The position numbers were made by a program, and so were the translations under genes. Shown piece after piece: positions 20,132-29,401 of a DNA stretch of 64,000 bases (the stretch's first letter is position 1; each line of letters opens with the position of its first letter). The stretch is from the NCBI GenBank assembly GCA_963841915.1, contig CAWJEN010000005.1, positions 992,001 through 1,056,000 of the forward strand. Reading direction: 5' to 3'. Source of the stretch: an uncultured Planctomycetota bacterium. GTDB lineage: Bacteria; Planctomycetota; Phycisphaerae; Tepidisphaerales; Tepidisphaeraceae. Below the pieces are notes generated by a model. That model ran no database searches, had not been told where the DNA came from, and saw nothing but the letters and a program-made list of their open reading frames with translations.

Positions 20132-21232
20132 GTGACGATGCGTCGCGTCTGCTTTGTTACGGGAACACGGGCTGAGTACGGGCTGATGCGGACGACGCTC
20201 GCCGCCATCCGGTCGGAGGCGGCGTTGGAGCTTCAGCTCATCGCGACGGGCGTTCACCTTGACCCGAGCCGCGGGCACACGGTCGACCAGCTCGATCAGA
20301 TCGACGCGATCGTGCCATGGCCGGTGGCGACAAGGCCAACAAGCCTCGCGGCGGCGACGGGTCGGGCATCAGCCGACATGGCCGAGGCACTCGAACGCTT
20401 GTCGACGGATGTGGTGCTCCTCGTCGGTGATCGCGTCGAAGCCCTTGCCGCAGCCATGGCGGGTCACTTGTCGAATCGCATCGTTGCGCACGTCCACGGC
20501 GGCGACCGGGCGGCGGGACAGGCTGACGACGCCATGCGGCACGCGATCACAAAGCTCGCTCACCTCCACTTTCCGGCCACGCCCGCCAGTGCCGATCGGG
20601 TGCTGAAGCTCGGTGAAGATCGTTGGCGCATCCACCAATGCGGCACTCCGGGAATCGACGGGATCGCTGAAGAGGCCGAACCGGCGGCCATTGCGTCGCC
20701 GTTCGCTTTGCTTGTTCTGCACCCGACGCGAGACAACGAAACGGCGGAGTACAGAGCCGCGGGCACGTTGCTTGAAGCGGTGCTTGATGTCGGCGTGCCG
20801 CGTGTGGAGGTCGTCTGGCCCAACGGTGATCTTGGAGCCGGTGGCATCACGCGGCGGTGGGACGAAGCGGCCGACGACGAACGCGTCCAAGTTCATCGCG
20901 ACCTGCCGCGGCCAACCTTTTTACGACTTATGCGGGATGCGGCGTTTTTGGCCGGAAATTCGTCGTCGGGCATCATCGAGGCGGCGACCTTCGGCACGCC
21001 GGTGCTCGACATCGGCCCACGCCAGGCCGGCCGGGAACGGTCGGACAACGTGATTCACGCCAACGAGGCGGATGTTCCTGTCGCCTTAGCCAACCTGTGG
21101 AACAATGCTCATCCTCGACGCTTCACCGGCACCAACGTCTACGGCGGCGGTGACGCGGGACAACGCATTTGCCGTGTGCTGGCAAGCTTCGACGACACCG
21201 CCACACTGCGTCACAAGCTCATCGCGTATTGA
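20132..21232 (+). CDS. neuC: UDP-N-acetylglucosamine 2-epimerase (hydrolysing, NeuC family)
   Basis: VTGTRAEYGL, GDRVE, HVHGGD, RHAITKLAHLHF, GNSSSGIIEA, RQAGRE. Confidence 0.9.
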   Translation: MTMRRVCFVTGTRAEYGLMRTTLAAIRSEAALELQLIATGVHLDPSRGHTVDQLDQIDAIVPWPVATRPTSLAAATGRASADMAEALERLSTDVVLLVGDRVEALAAAMAGHLSNRIVAHVHGGDRAAGQADDAMRHAITKLAHLHFPATPASADRVLKLGEDRWRIHQCGTPGIDGIAEEAEPAAIASPFALLVLHPTRDNETAEYRAAGTLLEAVLDVGVPRVEVVWPNGDLGAGGITRRWDEAADDERVQVHRDLPRPTFLRLMRDAAFLAGNSSSGIIEAATFGTPVLDIGPRQAGRERSDNVIHANEADVPVALANLWNNAHPRRFTGTNVYGGGDAGQRICRVLASFDDTATLRHKLIAY

Positions 21233-21238
21233 GCGTCA

Positions 21239-21703
21239 TCAGTCGTTCACATTGCCAAGATCTGCGTCACCATCGAGGGCCTCGGAAGAGGTATCAGGGT
21301 CGACGACTCCGATGCGGTTGTCCTGAAGATCGCGGACGGCGTCTTCAGCGCCAAACATGTCGAAGAGGCACACCAGGAACAAGATAGACACGACGATGGT
21401 CGTCACCGCCGGCAGTACGTTGCCGGCCCGCTCGTCGCCGATTGCCATGACGAGCCCGATGCCGGCAGCAATGACGGCCGTGAGGGCAACCACCGTCCCG
21501 GCCACATCCCAATCGAGCGCAAAGCACAAGATGAGCCCGATGACCGCAACCACCGTGGCGATGGCCGACGTGATGGTGACGTTGTTGTCATCGGTCGGCA
21601 GGACCTTGTCGTCGTTGTCGACGACGGTCTCGCGGCGGACATTCGACGGATCGGCGGCAGTGTGCTCGGTCGTGTAGTCGAGGCTCGGGTCGCGTTGGCT
21701 CAT
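21239..21703 (-). CDS. Hypothetical membrane protein (3 TM)
   Basis: Three hydrophobic helices, acidic termini; start overlaps the stop of the upstream gene. Confidence 0.7.
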   Translation of the reverse strand: MSQRDPSLDYTTEHTAADPSNVRRETVVDNDDKVLPTDDNNVTITSAIATVVAVIGLILCFALDWDVAGTVVALTAVIAAGIGLVMAIGDERAGNVLPAVTTIVVSILFLVCLFDMFGAEDAVRDLQDNRIGVVDPDTSSEALDGDADLGNVND

Positions 21704-22560
21704 GCGTTACGACTAGCAATGCCGGTGCCGTCGGGCTTGCCTGAGCGGGCCGAGGTGCGGGCTATCTCGAGTGCAGTGTCGGCCAGCCATTGATGGGCCT
21801 TCTCGCATGCATAGTCGACGTTTATCGTGCGGCGGTACTGCTCGAGGCGACGCATCGGGTCGCGTGTCTGCTTGGCGTCGTTCAGGAACGGCAGATGGAG
21901 CTGTTCCCAGAGATGCATCGTTTCGGCGAAAGTCGCCGCCGAGCCCGACCGCTCGCCGCGTGGTAGTTCGTCATCGGCCAGCACGAGCGAGAACGGTGGC
22001 AGCCGCTTGAGCAGCCCGCCGACCCCGAGGGATAGGGCCGTCTCTTGGGGCGGCAGCGCCACGTCGGCCGTCGGCACGACGGCGACGACTATGCGGCCGT
22101 CTTCGGTCAGCGGATAGGCGGCGGCGAGGTATGTTTCGACGAACAGGTTTTGATCGGCCGCGAGCTGTCGCACGGCTAGTGACGCCGCCAAGCTCGCCCG
22201 GCCGGCGACAAGCAACTGACCGTGCGGATACCGCCCGACAATGTCAGCGGCGTTGACGTCTTCTTCCTGTGTCGCCCACAGGTCGAGCCGCACGGTGCCC
22301 TCGCCGCAGATCTGTCGTCTCTGTCGACGGGCTTCCTGGAGCGGGAAGTAGAGCCGGCCAAGCGTGTCGAAGTCCTCGTGCTCGGCGGCAAGGGACTCTG
22401 CCGCCAGAAAGAGACGTTCGGCGTCGAGATATCGCGTTTCGATGAGCGCGGTTTGACCTTGCTCACAAGTTTCCTGAAGGTCGCTGGTCACAGCAAAACC
22501 TAGGGACGGCGGCGGCTTTGCGAACTCCAGGCGGCGGGCGTGGGATTTTGTGTTCGACAT
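21700..22560 (-). CDS. Hypothetical protein
   Basis: 286-aa ORF with normal composition; no recognised family. Confidence 0.7.
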   Translation of the reverse strand: MSNTKSHARRLEFAKPPPSLGFAVTSDLQETCEQGQTALIETRYLDAERLFLAAESLAAEHEDFDTLGRLYFPLQEARRQRRQICGEGTVRLDLWATQEEDVNAADIVGRYPHGQLLVAGRASLAASLAVRQLAADQNLFVETYLAAAYPLTEDGRIVVAVVPTADVALPPQETALSLGVGGLLKRLPPFSLVLADDELPRGERSGSAATFAETMHLWEQLHLPFLNDAKQTRDPMRRLEQYRRTINVDYACEKAHQWLADTALEIARTSARSGKPDGTGIASRNA

Positions 22561-22628
22561 GCTGCAGCTTTTGGGCTAGGCATTAGGCTTGGAGCGCGCG
22601 TCGCCTTTGTTGCGTCGCCAACCCTGTC

Positions 22629-24782
22629 ATGCAGCCTTTCGACACTGCCCCGACGCAGACCAAGCGGGCCGATACAAATGATCAACCGTCAGCCCGTGCC
22701 GAAATCGGCGGGGCATCAGCTGGTGGTGTGCCACCGGGCGACCAAGACGGAGCGTCATCCGCCGGCCAGAAGCCGCCTTTCGTCCCGGAGTATCTGCGGC
22801 GGTTCCTGGCGTACCTCAAGAGGTATCCGGTGCTGCTGTGTTTTGCCGTCCTGTCCGGCGTGTCGAAGCTAGTTCTGCAGTTTGCTTTTCCGGCAATCTT
22901 CGGCTTCATCGTCAACGAGGTCATCGTCACGGAGGGCGAAAGCGTCATGACCGACGCCGAGCGCGGCGAGTGGCTGTACAACCTGACGCTCATCACGCTG
23001 TTCGTGATCGTCCTCTACAGCATCGCGACGTTCTTCCGCAGCTACCTGACGGGGCAACTCGCCTTCCGCATCATCCGCGACATCCGCCAGGACCTGTTCG
23101 GCCACCTGCACCGACTCAGCCTGCACTTCTACTCGAAAGAGCGCACCGGCAGCATCGTCAGCCGCGTCATCACCGACATCTCCAATGCCGCCCAACTGGT
23201 TAATGGTGGCGTGGTGGCGGTGGTCATGGACCTCGGTGCGTTCGTCATCGGCGTCGGCCTGCTGCTGTGGATCAGCCCGCCGTTGACGCTGTTGGCGCTT
23301 GCGATCTTGCCGTTGTACGGCTTTCTCATCAACAAGCTCCGCCCACGCGTCCGCCACGCCGGTCGACTTGTGCAACGCTCGATCGGCAAGATCAGTGGCA
23401 ACGTGCAGGAACAGCTCGCGGGCATCGCTCTCGTCCAGTCCTCCGCCGCCGAGGAACGCGAGAGCGCTCGCTTCCAAAACGATACCGAGGAGCACTACGA
23501 CCGCGTCGTCCAGCAGAAGGTTCTGGCTTCCGTCACCGAAACCCTGGGTGAAACCCTCACCCGCGGCGGCACGGCTCTTGTCTTCCTGCTCGGTGGTTAC
23601 TTGTCGTACAAGCACGGGACCGTAAATGCGGGTGAATTAGTCATGTTCACCGGATGGCTCGGTGTGATGTACTTCCCGGTCCAGCGATTCGCCGAGATCA
23701 ACGTTGTCTTTCAGACGTGCATGGTGAGCATCGAACGCGTTTTCCGCGTCTTCGACATCACGCCCAAGATTCTCGAGCGACCAGACGCGTGGCCTCATCC
23801 GCCCGAGCGGGGAGAAGTTGAGTTTGAGAACGTCCGTTTCAGCTACGCCGACGATTCTGACGAGAGCCGTACCAGCCTCGGCCGTGAAGATGACAAGGGC
23901 GCACTCGACCCGCTGACGGGCAAAAGCGTCGACCCTGACCCACGTGGCAGGCCGCCTCTGATCGAGCTCGCCAGGAGCGAACGTCGCCGACTGGTACGCG
24001 AGGAATTGGCAAGGCAGATCAAGCTCGAGCGTCGCCGGGACAAGCTCAAGCGTGAAGGTCGTCTTCCGGGTCCGCCGCCTGTTCGGCGGCGTTGGGTGCT
24101 CGACGGCCTGTCGTTCCACGTCAAACAAGGCCAACGCGTCGCGCTCGTCGGCCCGTCAGGTAGCGGCAAGACCACGCTCGTCAGCCTGCTGCCACGTCTG
24201 TACGACGTCAGCGAAGGTGCCATCCGGATCGACGGCCGTGACGTGCGCGATTATCGGAAAAAGCCGCTCCGCGAATCGGTCGGCATCGTGCAGCAGGACA
24301 GCTTCTTGTTCAGCGGCACAGTGTATGACAACCTGCTCTACGGCCGCCCGGAGTCGAGCTACGACGAAGTGATCGACGCCGCCAAGGCCGCCAATGCAGA
24401 TGAATTTATTCGTGAGTTAGCCGACGGCTACGACACCATTCTCGGCGAGCGCGGCGTGAACCTGTCCGGCGGACAACGCCAGCGGCTCAGCATTGCCCGG
24501 GCAATTCTCAAGAACGCGCACATTCTGATCTTGGACGAAGCGACCAGTGCACTGGATGTCGAGAGTGAGCGGCTGGTGCAGGAAGCCTTGGAGCGACTGA
24601 TGCAGAATCGCACGAGCTTCATCATTGCCCACCGACTCAGCACGGTCCGGGACGCAGATCGCATCTTGGTCATCGACCGCGGCCGAGTGGCCGAGGACGG
24701 CACGCATGAGGAACTCGTTGCCGCCGACGGCCTGTACGCGATGCTCGCACGTCAGGCGTTCAAGGATCCGTCCGCAGGCTGA
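22629..24782 (+). CDS. ABC exporter, fused TMD + NBD (MsbA/Sav1866-like)
   Basis: TM helices; GPSGSGKTT, LSGGQRQR, ILDEATSALD, IAHRLST. Confidence 0.93.
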   Translation: MQPFDTAPTQTKRADTNDQPSARAEIGGASAGGVPPGDQDGASSAGQKPPFVPEYLRRFLAYLKRYPVLLCFAVLSGVSKLVLQFAFPAIFGFIVNEVIVTEGESVMTDAERGEWLYNLTLITLFVIVLYSIATFFRSYLTGQLAFRIIRDIRQDLFGHLHRLSLHFYSKERTGSIVSRVITDISNAAQLVNGGVVAVVMDLGAFVIGVGLLLWISPPLTLLALAILPLYGFLINKLRPRVRHAGRLVQRSIGKISGNVQEQLAGIALVQSSAAEERESARFQNDTEEHYDRVVQQKVLASVTETLGETLTRGGTALVFLLGGYLSYKHGTVNAGELVMFTGWLGVMYFPVQRFAEINVVFQTCMVSIERVFRVFDITPKILERPDAWPHPPERGEVEFENVRFSYADDSDESRTSLGREDDKGALDPLTGKSVDPDPRGRPPLIELARSERRRLVREELARQIKLERRRDKLKREGRLPGPPPVRRRWVLDGLSFHVKQGQRVALVGPSGSGKTTLVSLLPRLYDVSEGAIRIDGRDVRDYRKKPLRESVGIVQQDSFLFSGTVYDNLLYGRPESSYDEVIDAAKAANADEFIRELADGYDTILGERGVNLSGGQRQRLSIARAILKNAHILILDEATSALDVESERLVQEALERLMQNRTSFIIAHRLSTVRDADRILVIDRGRVAEDGTHEELVAADGLYAMLARQAFKDPSAG

Positions 24783-24791
24783 CGCGGACGG

Positions 24792-25328
24792 TCACGCCGC
24801 CAGAGGTGTGGTGCTGCTGTCGAACTCAACGGCAATCTCGCAGCCGGGCTGGTGCTGCTCATTGAGCACGCGGATGACTCGGCCGTAGGCATCCCACCCG
24901 CGGCCGCGGTCGTTGCCTTGGGGCGGGAAGAAGACCGTGACGCGCTCACCGACGTTGAGGCGTGTCTGGCTCTTGGCCCGCAGGCCACCGACGCTGACAT
25001 CTTCGATGTTGAGGTTCAGGAACGGCTCGCTGCGGACGTCTTCACCAGCTTCAAGCCGTCGGCCGCGGACGCGAAGACTCAGTGCCTGACGCGGGAAGAT
25101 GCGGCGATCGGCACCGGCAAGACGGGGTGCACTGTGGCTGGTGACGTCGTCGGCAAAGCCGATGCGGCCGGCAACTTCCGGGGCGTCGAGCTCTTCGTAA
25201 ACGTCGAGGTCGGGGGAAACGAGACGAAGCGAGGGGTGTGCGGCAACCATGATTCTTCCTTGAGCGTCGCCTTGTCTGCGTCGCGGCCGTCGTGGTCGCG
25301 GTGGTGTCAGCAGCGTGGCGTGTACCAA
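24792..25328 (-). CDS. PilZ-domain (c-di-GMP-binding) protein
   Basis: DRRIFPR (RxxxR) and DVSVGG (DxSxGG). Start may be 25250. Confidence 0.82.
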   Translation of the reverse strand: MVHATLLTPPRPRRPRRRQGDAQGRIMVAAHPSLRLVSPDLDVYEELDAPEVAGRIGFADDVTSHSAPRLAGADRRIFPRQALSLRVRGRRLEAGEDVRSEPFLNLNIEDVSVGGLRAKSQTRLNVGERVTVFFPPQGNDRGRGWDAYGRVIRVLNEQHQPGCEIAVEFDSSTTPLAA

Positions 25329-25472
25329 CTTTTTCGTCGTATCAGTGCGACAGCCTTACCTCGCGATGCAAGTTTCCCGAGCGATTTGCGGCCGGGTCAA
25401 TAACATCGCCCGCCGCACCATCGGCAACGCCGGTGTGTCCGCTGGCCCGTTGCGTCACGTCCGATCATCACC

Positions 25473-27044
25473 ATGTCAAACCGCCACGCTGCGTCCGCTT
25501 TTGTGCCCGGCACCGTCACCCTTGTCGGTGCCGGGCCTGGTGACCCGGGCTTGCTCACGATTCACGGCCGCGACGCCCTGGCGGCGGCGGACGTGGTGGT
25601 CTACGACGCGCTGGCCAATCCGGCTCTGCTGGACTTCGCACCACAGGCTCGACACCGCTTTGCAGGTAAGCGGGCCGAGCACCACTCGATGTCGCAGGAA
25701 CAGATCAACGACCTGCTCGTCAGCGAGGCCAAGGCAGGCCACGTCGTCGTGCGGCTCAAAGGCGGTGACCCGTTTGTCTTCGGTCGCGGCGGAGAAGAGG
25801 CAGAGGCTTGCGTGGCGGCGCAGGTGCCATTCAGTGTCGTACCAGGCATCACCGCCGCCGTCGCCGCGGCGGCGTACGCGGGTATTCCCGTGACGCATCG
25901 AGATCTCAACACGTCACTCACGCTTGTTACCGGGCACGAAAAAGACCGTAGCAAGCAGACGCCCCAAGCCGCCGCCCGAGACGAGGCGGGCAGTGAAGCA
26001 ACGGACTGGTCAGCCCTGGCCAAGTTGCCGTTGCTGTGCTTCTACATGGGCGTCAAGAGCCTGCCGACCATCGCGGCAAAGCTGACGGCTGCAGGCATGA
26101 GCGGCGTTACGCCCGCCGCGAGCGTGCAGTGGGGCACGACGCCGTGGCAGAAGACCGTCGTTGCCACACTCGACACCATCGCCGACGCCAACGATGCCGC
26201 CGGCCTGTCGAGTCCGGCCATCACCTACGTTGGCGAGGTCGTGCGTCTTCGCGAGCAGCTTCAATGGTTCGACAAGAGGCCGCTGTTCGGTAAGACGGTT
26301 GTCGTGACCCGTAGCCGCACGCAGGCAAGTGAGCTGTCGGCCAGGTTGAGCGCCCTCGGGGCTGAGGTGGTTGAAGCACCGACCATTGCCATCCAGGAGA
26401 CGCCCGACGGGTCCAGCGTGCGGACGGAGCTCGCTCGTATTAAGGCGGCCAACTATGACTGGATTCTTTTCACGAGCGGAAATGGGGTTCGGGCGACACG
26501 CGAGATCATGCGCACCAACGGCTATGACGCACGCCTCTTTGCCGGCTCGAAGGTCGGAGCGGTTGGCCCCGCTACGGCACGGGCGGTGCGGGAACTGCTC
26601 TGCATCGAGCCGGACCTCACGCCTGATCGGTACGACGGCGATGCCCTTGCTGATGAGCTCGGTGACGTCGCCGGGCGGTCGATCCTGCTCTTGCGGGCGG
26701 ACATCGGGCGTAGGTCGCTGATCGATGCGCTGCGAGAGCGTGGGGCACGCGTGGAAGATGTGGCGGTCTACGAAACCAAGCCTGTCGATACGTTACCGGC
26801 CCACGTCCGGGACCGCTTAGCCGACGCCGATGCCATCACTTTCACCAGCGGCAGCACCGCCACCAACTTTGCAAAGCTCGCGACCGTCCCGCAGAACGTC
26901 AAGCTCGTCAGCATCGGCCCGACCACGTCGGCGGCGATGCGGGCGGCGGGGCTGCGGGTCGATGCCGAGGCTGATGAGGCGACGATCGAAGCACTGACGC
27001 AAGCCGCTCAGCAGTTGCTGGCGGAACCTTTGGACCAGTCGTGA
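25473..27044 (+). CDS. cobA: Uroporphyrinogen-III C-methyltransferase / synthase fusion (CobA-HemD)
   Basis: VGAGPGDPGLLT, RLKGGDPFVFGRGGEE; C-terminal HemD VVTRS...FTSGNGV...IGPTT. Confidence 0.93.
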   Translation: MSNRHAASAFVPGTVTLVGAGPGDPGLLTIHGRDALAAADVVVYDALANPALLDFAPQARHRFAGKRAEHHSMSQEQINDLLVSEAKAGHVVVRLKGGDPFVFGRGGEEAEACVAAQVPFSVVPGITAAVAAAAYAGIPVTHRDLNTSLTLVTGHEKDRSKQTPQAAARDEAGSEATDWSALAKLPLLCFYMGVKSLPTIAAKLTAAGMSGVTPAASVQWGTTPWQKTVVATLDTIADANDAAGLSSPAITYVGEVVRLREQLQWFDKRPLFGKTVVVTRSRTQASELSARLSALGAEVVEAPTIAIQETPDGSSVRTELARIKAANYDWILFTSGNGVRATREIMRTNGYDARLFAGSKVGAVGPATARAVRELLCIEPDLTPDRYDGDALADELGDVAGRSILLLRADIGRRSLIDALRERGARVEDVAVYETKPVDTLPAHVRDRLADADAITFTSGSTATNFAKLATVPQNVKLVSIGPTTSAAMRAAGLRVDAEADEATIEALTQAAQQLLAEPLDQS

Positions 27045-27054
27045 GGCTTCCGGC

Positions 27055-27960
27055 TCAGGCTTCTTCGCCCGAGTCAGGAGCCTGGCCGTGGTCGAGCAGG
27101 AATTGGACGCGTTGCAGCCCGGCATCGTCGCCGCAGTACTTGCTCAGCAGCCGCTTGGCCCGCGAGATGCCCGTGCGACGGCTGACGTGCAGAACGACGA
27201 TTGCCTCGCAGTTCAGCCGTGGCAGATAACCGGCAAAGTCTGCGGCATGCAGGTGCCGGCCGGCCTTGGCCGTTCGCAGGTGGTCGTCTTCATAAAACGT
27301 GCACTCGGTCAGCAGAATCTGTGACTCGACGACATCCGGGTCCTTCCAGACCGGGCCCGGACCGGTGTCGCCAAGATAGGTCACGACCGGCACCTCGCGG
27401 ACGTACTGGATCTCGGTGCCGGCTTCCTTGAGCTTGCGGATGGCCTCGCCGTCGAGGTCGCGGTACTCGTCTTTGAGCTTGTGCCGGATCTGCAGGGCGG
27501 CGTAGCCGAGGCTCGGGCCGCCGTGGTGCGTGCGAACGGCCCGGATACCGAAATCTTTGCGGACGCGGTACATCTGACCGGGCCGCATCTCGATGAGGTC
27601 GTATGGCGTCTGCTGACGCTCTATGCGACGCCACGACAGCAGCATGTCGTCGACCGCGTCGGCAATTTCGTAGGGCACCAGGATGGTCGGCGGCTTGAGC
27701 CCCTGGAAGTGGCGCTGACTAATGTAGTAAGCCAAGCCCGCTACGTGGTCCATATGACCGTGGGAGATGCAAAGGATGTCACTGTTGAGCGAAAACTGCG
27801 GCGCTCGGCCGATGTCGAAACAGATATTGAGCTCAGGCACCTGGACGACCGTCTCTTCACCGGCCACGCTGTAGCCGCAGACCGTGAACGGCCCGAAGGT
27901 CAGCTTGGCGAACTTCTGCGTGACGAGCGAACGATCTGGAGTCTCGGGCAGGCTCGCCAT
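27055..27960 (-). CDS. MBL-fold metallohydrolase, short tRNase Z-like
   Basis: SHGHMDH, YLGDT, TECTF, HLH, LHVSRR and a KLKDEY exosite-like segment. Confidence 0.8.
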   Translation of the reverse strand: MASLPETPDRSLVTQKFAKLTFGPFTVCGYSVAGEETVVQVPELNICFDIGRAPQFSLNSDILCISHGHMDHVAGLAYYISQRHFQGLKPPTILVPYEIADAVDDMLLSWRRIERQQTPYDLIEMRPGQMYRVRKDFGIRAVRTHHGGPSLGYAALQIRHKLKDEYRDLDGEAIRKLKEAGTEIQYVREVPVVTYLGDTGPGPVWKDPDVVESQILLTECTFYEDDHLRTAKAGRHLHAADFAGYLPRLNCEAIVVLHVSRRTGISRAKRLLSKYCGDDAGLQRVQFLLDHGQAPDSGEEA

Positions 27961-28079
27961 GGGCGGCTGACACTAACCGGATGCATTCGGGCCGACAACG
28001 CGTGCACTGCCTGGTGCCTGCGTCAAATGTGATTCAGGACGTTCCGCGGTGCGATCGTGCGGGTTACGCTTGTTGCATC

Positions 28080-28676
28080 ATGGAGACGCAGAACCCACAG
28101 GCAGGCAGCACCAGCACCCCCGGCGTCGGGAAGACCAAGACGGAAGATCTTAAGGAAAAGGCTCAGGCCGTTGCGAGTCAGGCCGCCGACAAGGCCGGCG
28201 TTGCCGCCCAGGACGCCGCCGCCAAGCTCACAGCTGCAGCCAAAGAGCAGTTCCTGCTGCTTCGAGAGCGTGCGCCGGAAGTGCTCTACACGAGCGTCGA
28301 CGAAGCCGCAGCGAGCAACGCCCGCCGCACGGAAGCCAACCTTTCCTACTTCCGCGAGAACCCGTCGCTCATCTCTCGGCGGATCGCAGAACTCGACGAA
28401 GAATGGGACACGCGCCGCGTGCTGCAGGTTGCCACCTGCGGCCTGACGCTTGGTGGCTTCGTCCTGTCGCTGACCAAGAGCAGCCTCTGGCGTGTCCTGC
28501 CCGTCGCACTGGCAGCAGGCGGCTTGCACCACGGCATCACCGGCCAGAGCCCGGCAGAAGACCTCGTCCGCCGCCTCGGCTTCCGCACGCGTGACGAGAT
28601 CGAGTTCGAGCGCCGCGTGCTGATGAAGATTGAATTCCCGGGCGACGAGCTGCCACAGGTTCCGGTGACGATCTAA
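28080..28676 (+). CDS. Hypothetical protein, DUF2892-like membrane protein
   Basis: RIAELDEEWDTRRVL, two TM, RRLGFRTRDEI. Confidence 0.65.
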   Translation: METQNPQAGSTSTPGVGKTKTEDLKEKAQAVASQAADKAGVAAQDAAAKLTAAAKEQFLLLRERAPEVLYTSVDEAAASNARRTEANLSYFRENPSLISRRIAELDEEWDTRRVLQVATCGLTLGGFVLSLTKSSLWRVLPVALAAGGLHHGITGQSPAEDLVRRLGFRTRDEIEFERRVLMKIEFPGDELPQVPVTI

Positions 28677-28730
28677 GGCCAGTCGTTCCGTGGTATTGGA
28701 GGTGGGAAGCGGCACCTATACAGTCGCTGC

Positions 28731-29333
28731 ATGACCGGCCAGCTCATCGTCCTTTGCGGCCCGAGCGGCGTCGGCAAAAGCACCCTCAGCAAACTCATCT
28801 CCAGCGAACTCGGCGTCGCTTATGTCCCGGCAGTCACCACCCGCGAGCGACGCCCGGGCGACGATCGTGGAAAGGCGTACGAGCACGTCGACGAAGACAA
28901 CTTCTTCGACCGACTCGACACCGGCGAGTTCCTCGAGTACGCGCAGAATTACGACGAGTATTACGCAACGCCGAAGCACCCGGCCTTGGACCTTTTGGCA
29001 GAGGGTCGTGACGTGCTGCTCGAGATCGACGTGCAGGGCGCGTTACAGGTGCGGTTTCATTACCCGCGGGCGTTGCTCGTGTTCATCCTGCCGCCGGACG
29101 AGTCGGTGTTGAAAGAGCGTCTGATCGAGCGTGGCCGCGATGACGTGAGGCAGATCAACAAGCGGTTTCGCGCTGCCCGACGCGAGATTCACATGGCCAA
29201 AGGCAGCCGGGCGTTCGACCACATGGTCGTCAACGATGATCTCGATGACGCGGCCGCCGAATTGTACAAGCTTGTCCGCCACCGTCGCGGCGAACGTCAG
29301 GACGAGGCGGCGTTTCACGAGGTAAAGGACTGA
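28731..29333 (+). CDS. gmk: Guanylate kinase
   Basis: GPSGVGKST, TTRERRPG, LEIDVQGA, FILPP, VNDDLD. Confidence 0.95.
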   Translation: MTGQLIVLCGPSGVGKSTLSKLISSELGVAYVPAVTTRERRPGDDRGKAYEHVDEDNFFDRLDTGEFLEYAQNYDEYYATPKHPALDLLAEGRDVLLEIDVQGALQVRFHYPRALLVFILPPDESVLKERLIERGRDDVRQINKRFRAARREIHMAKGSRAFDHMVVNDDLDDAAAELYKLVRHRRGERQDEAAFHEVKD

Positions 29334-29401
29334 TGCCCCTACTAAGAACCCCGCCACAGCTACGCTGTGACGGGGTGGCGGAGGAGAAGGATCGGTTGCT
29401 C

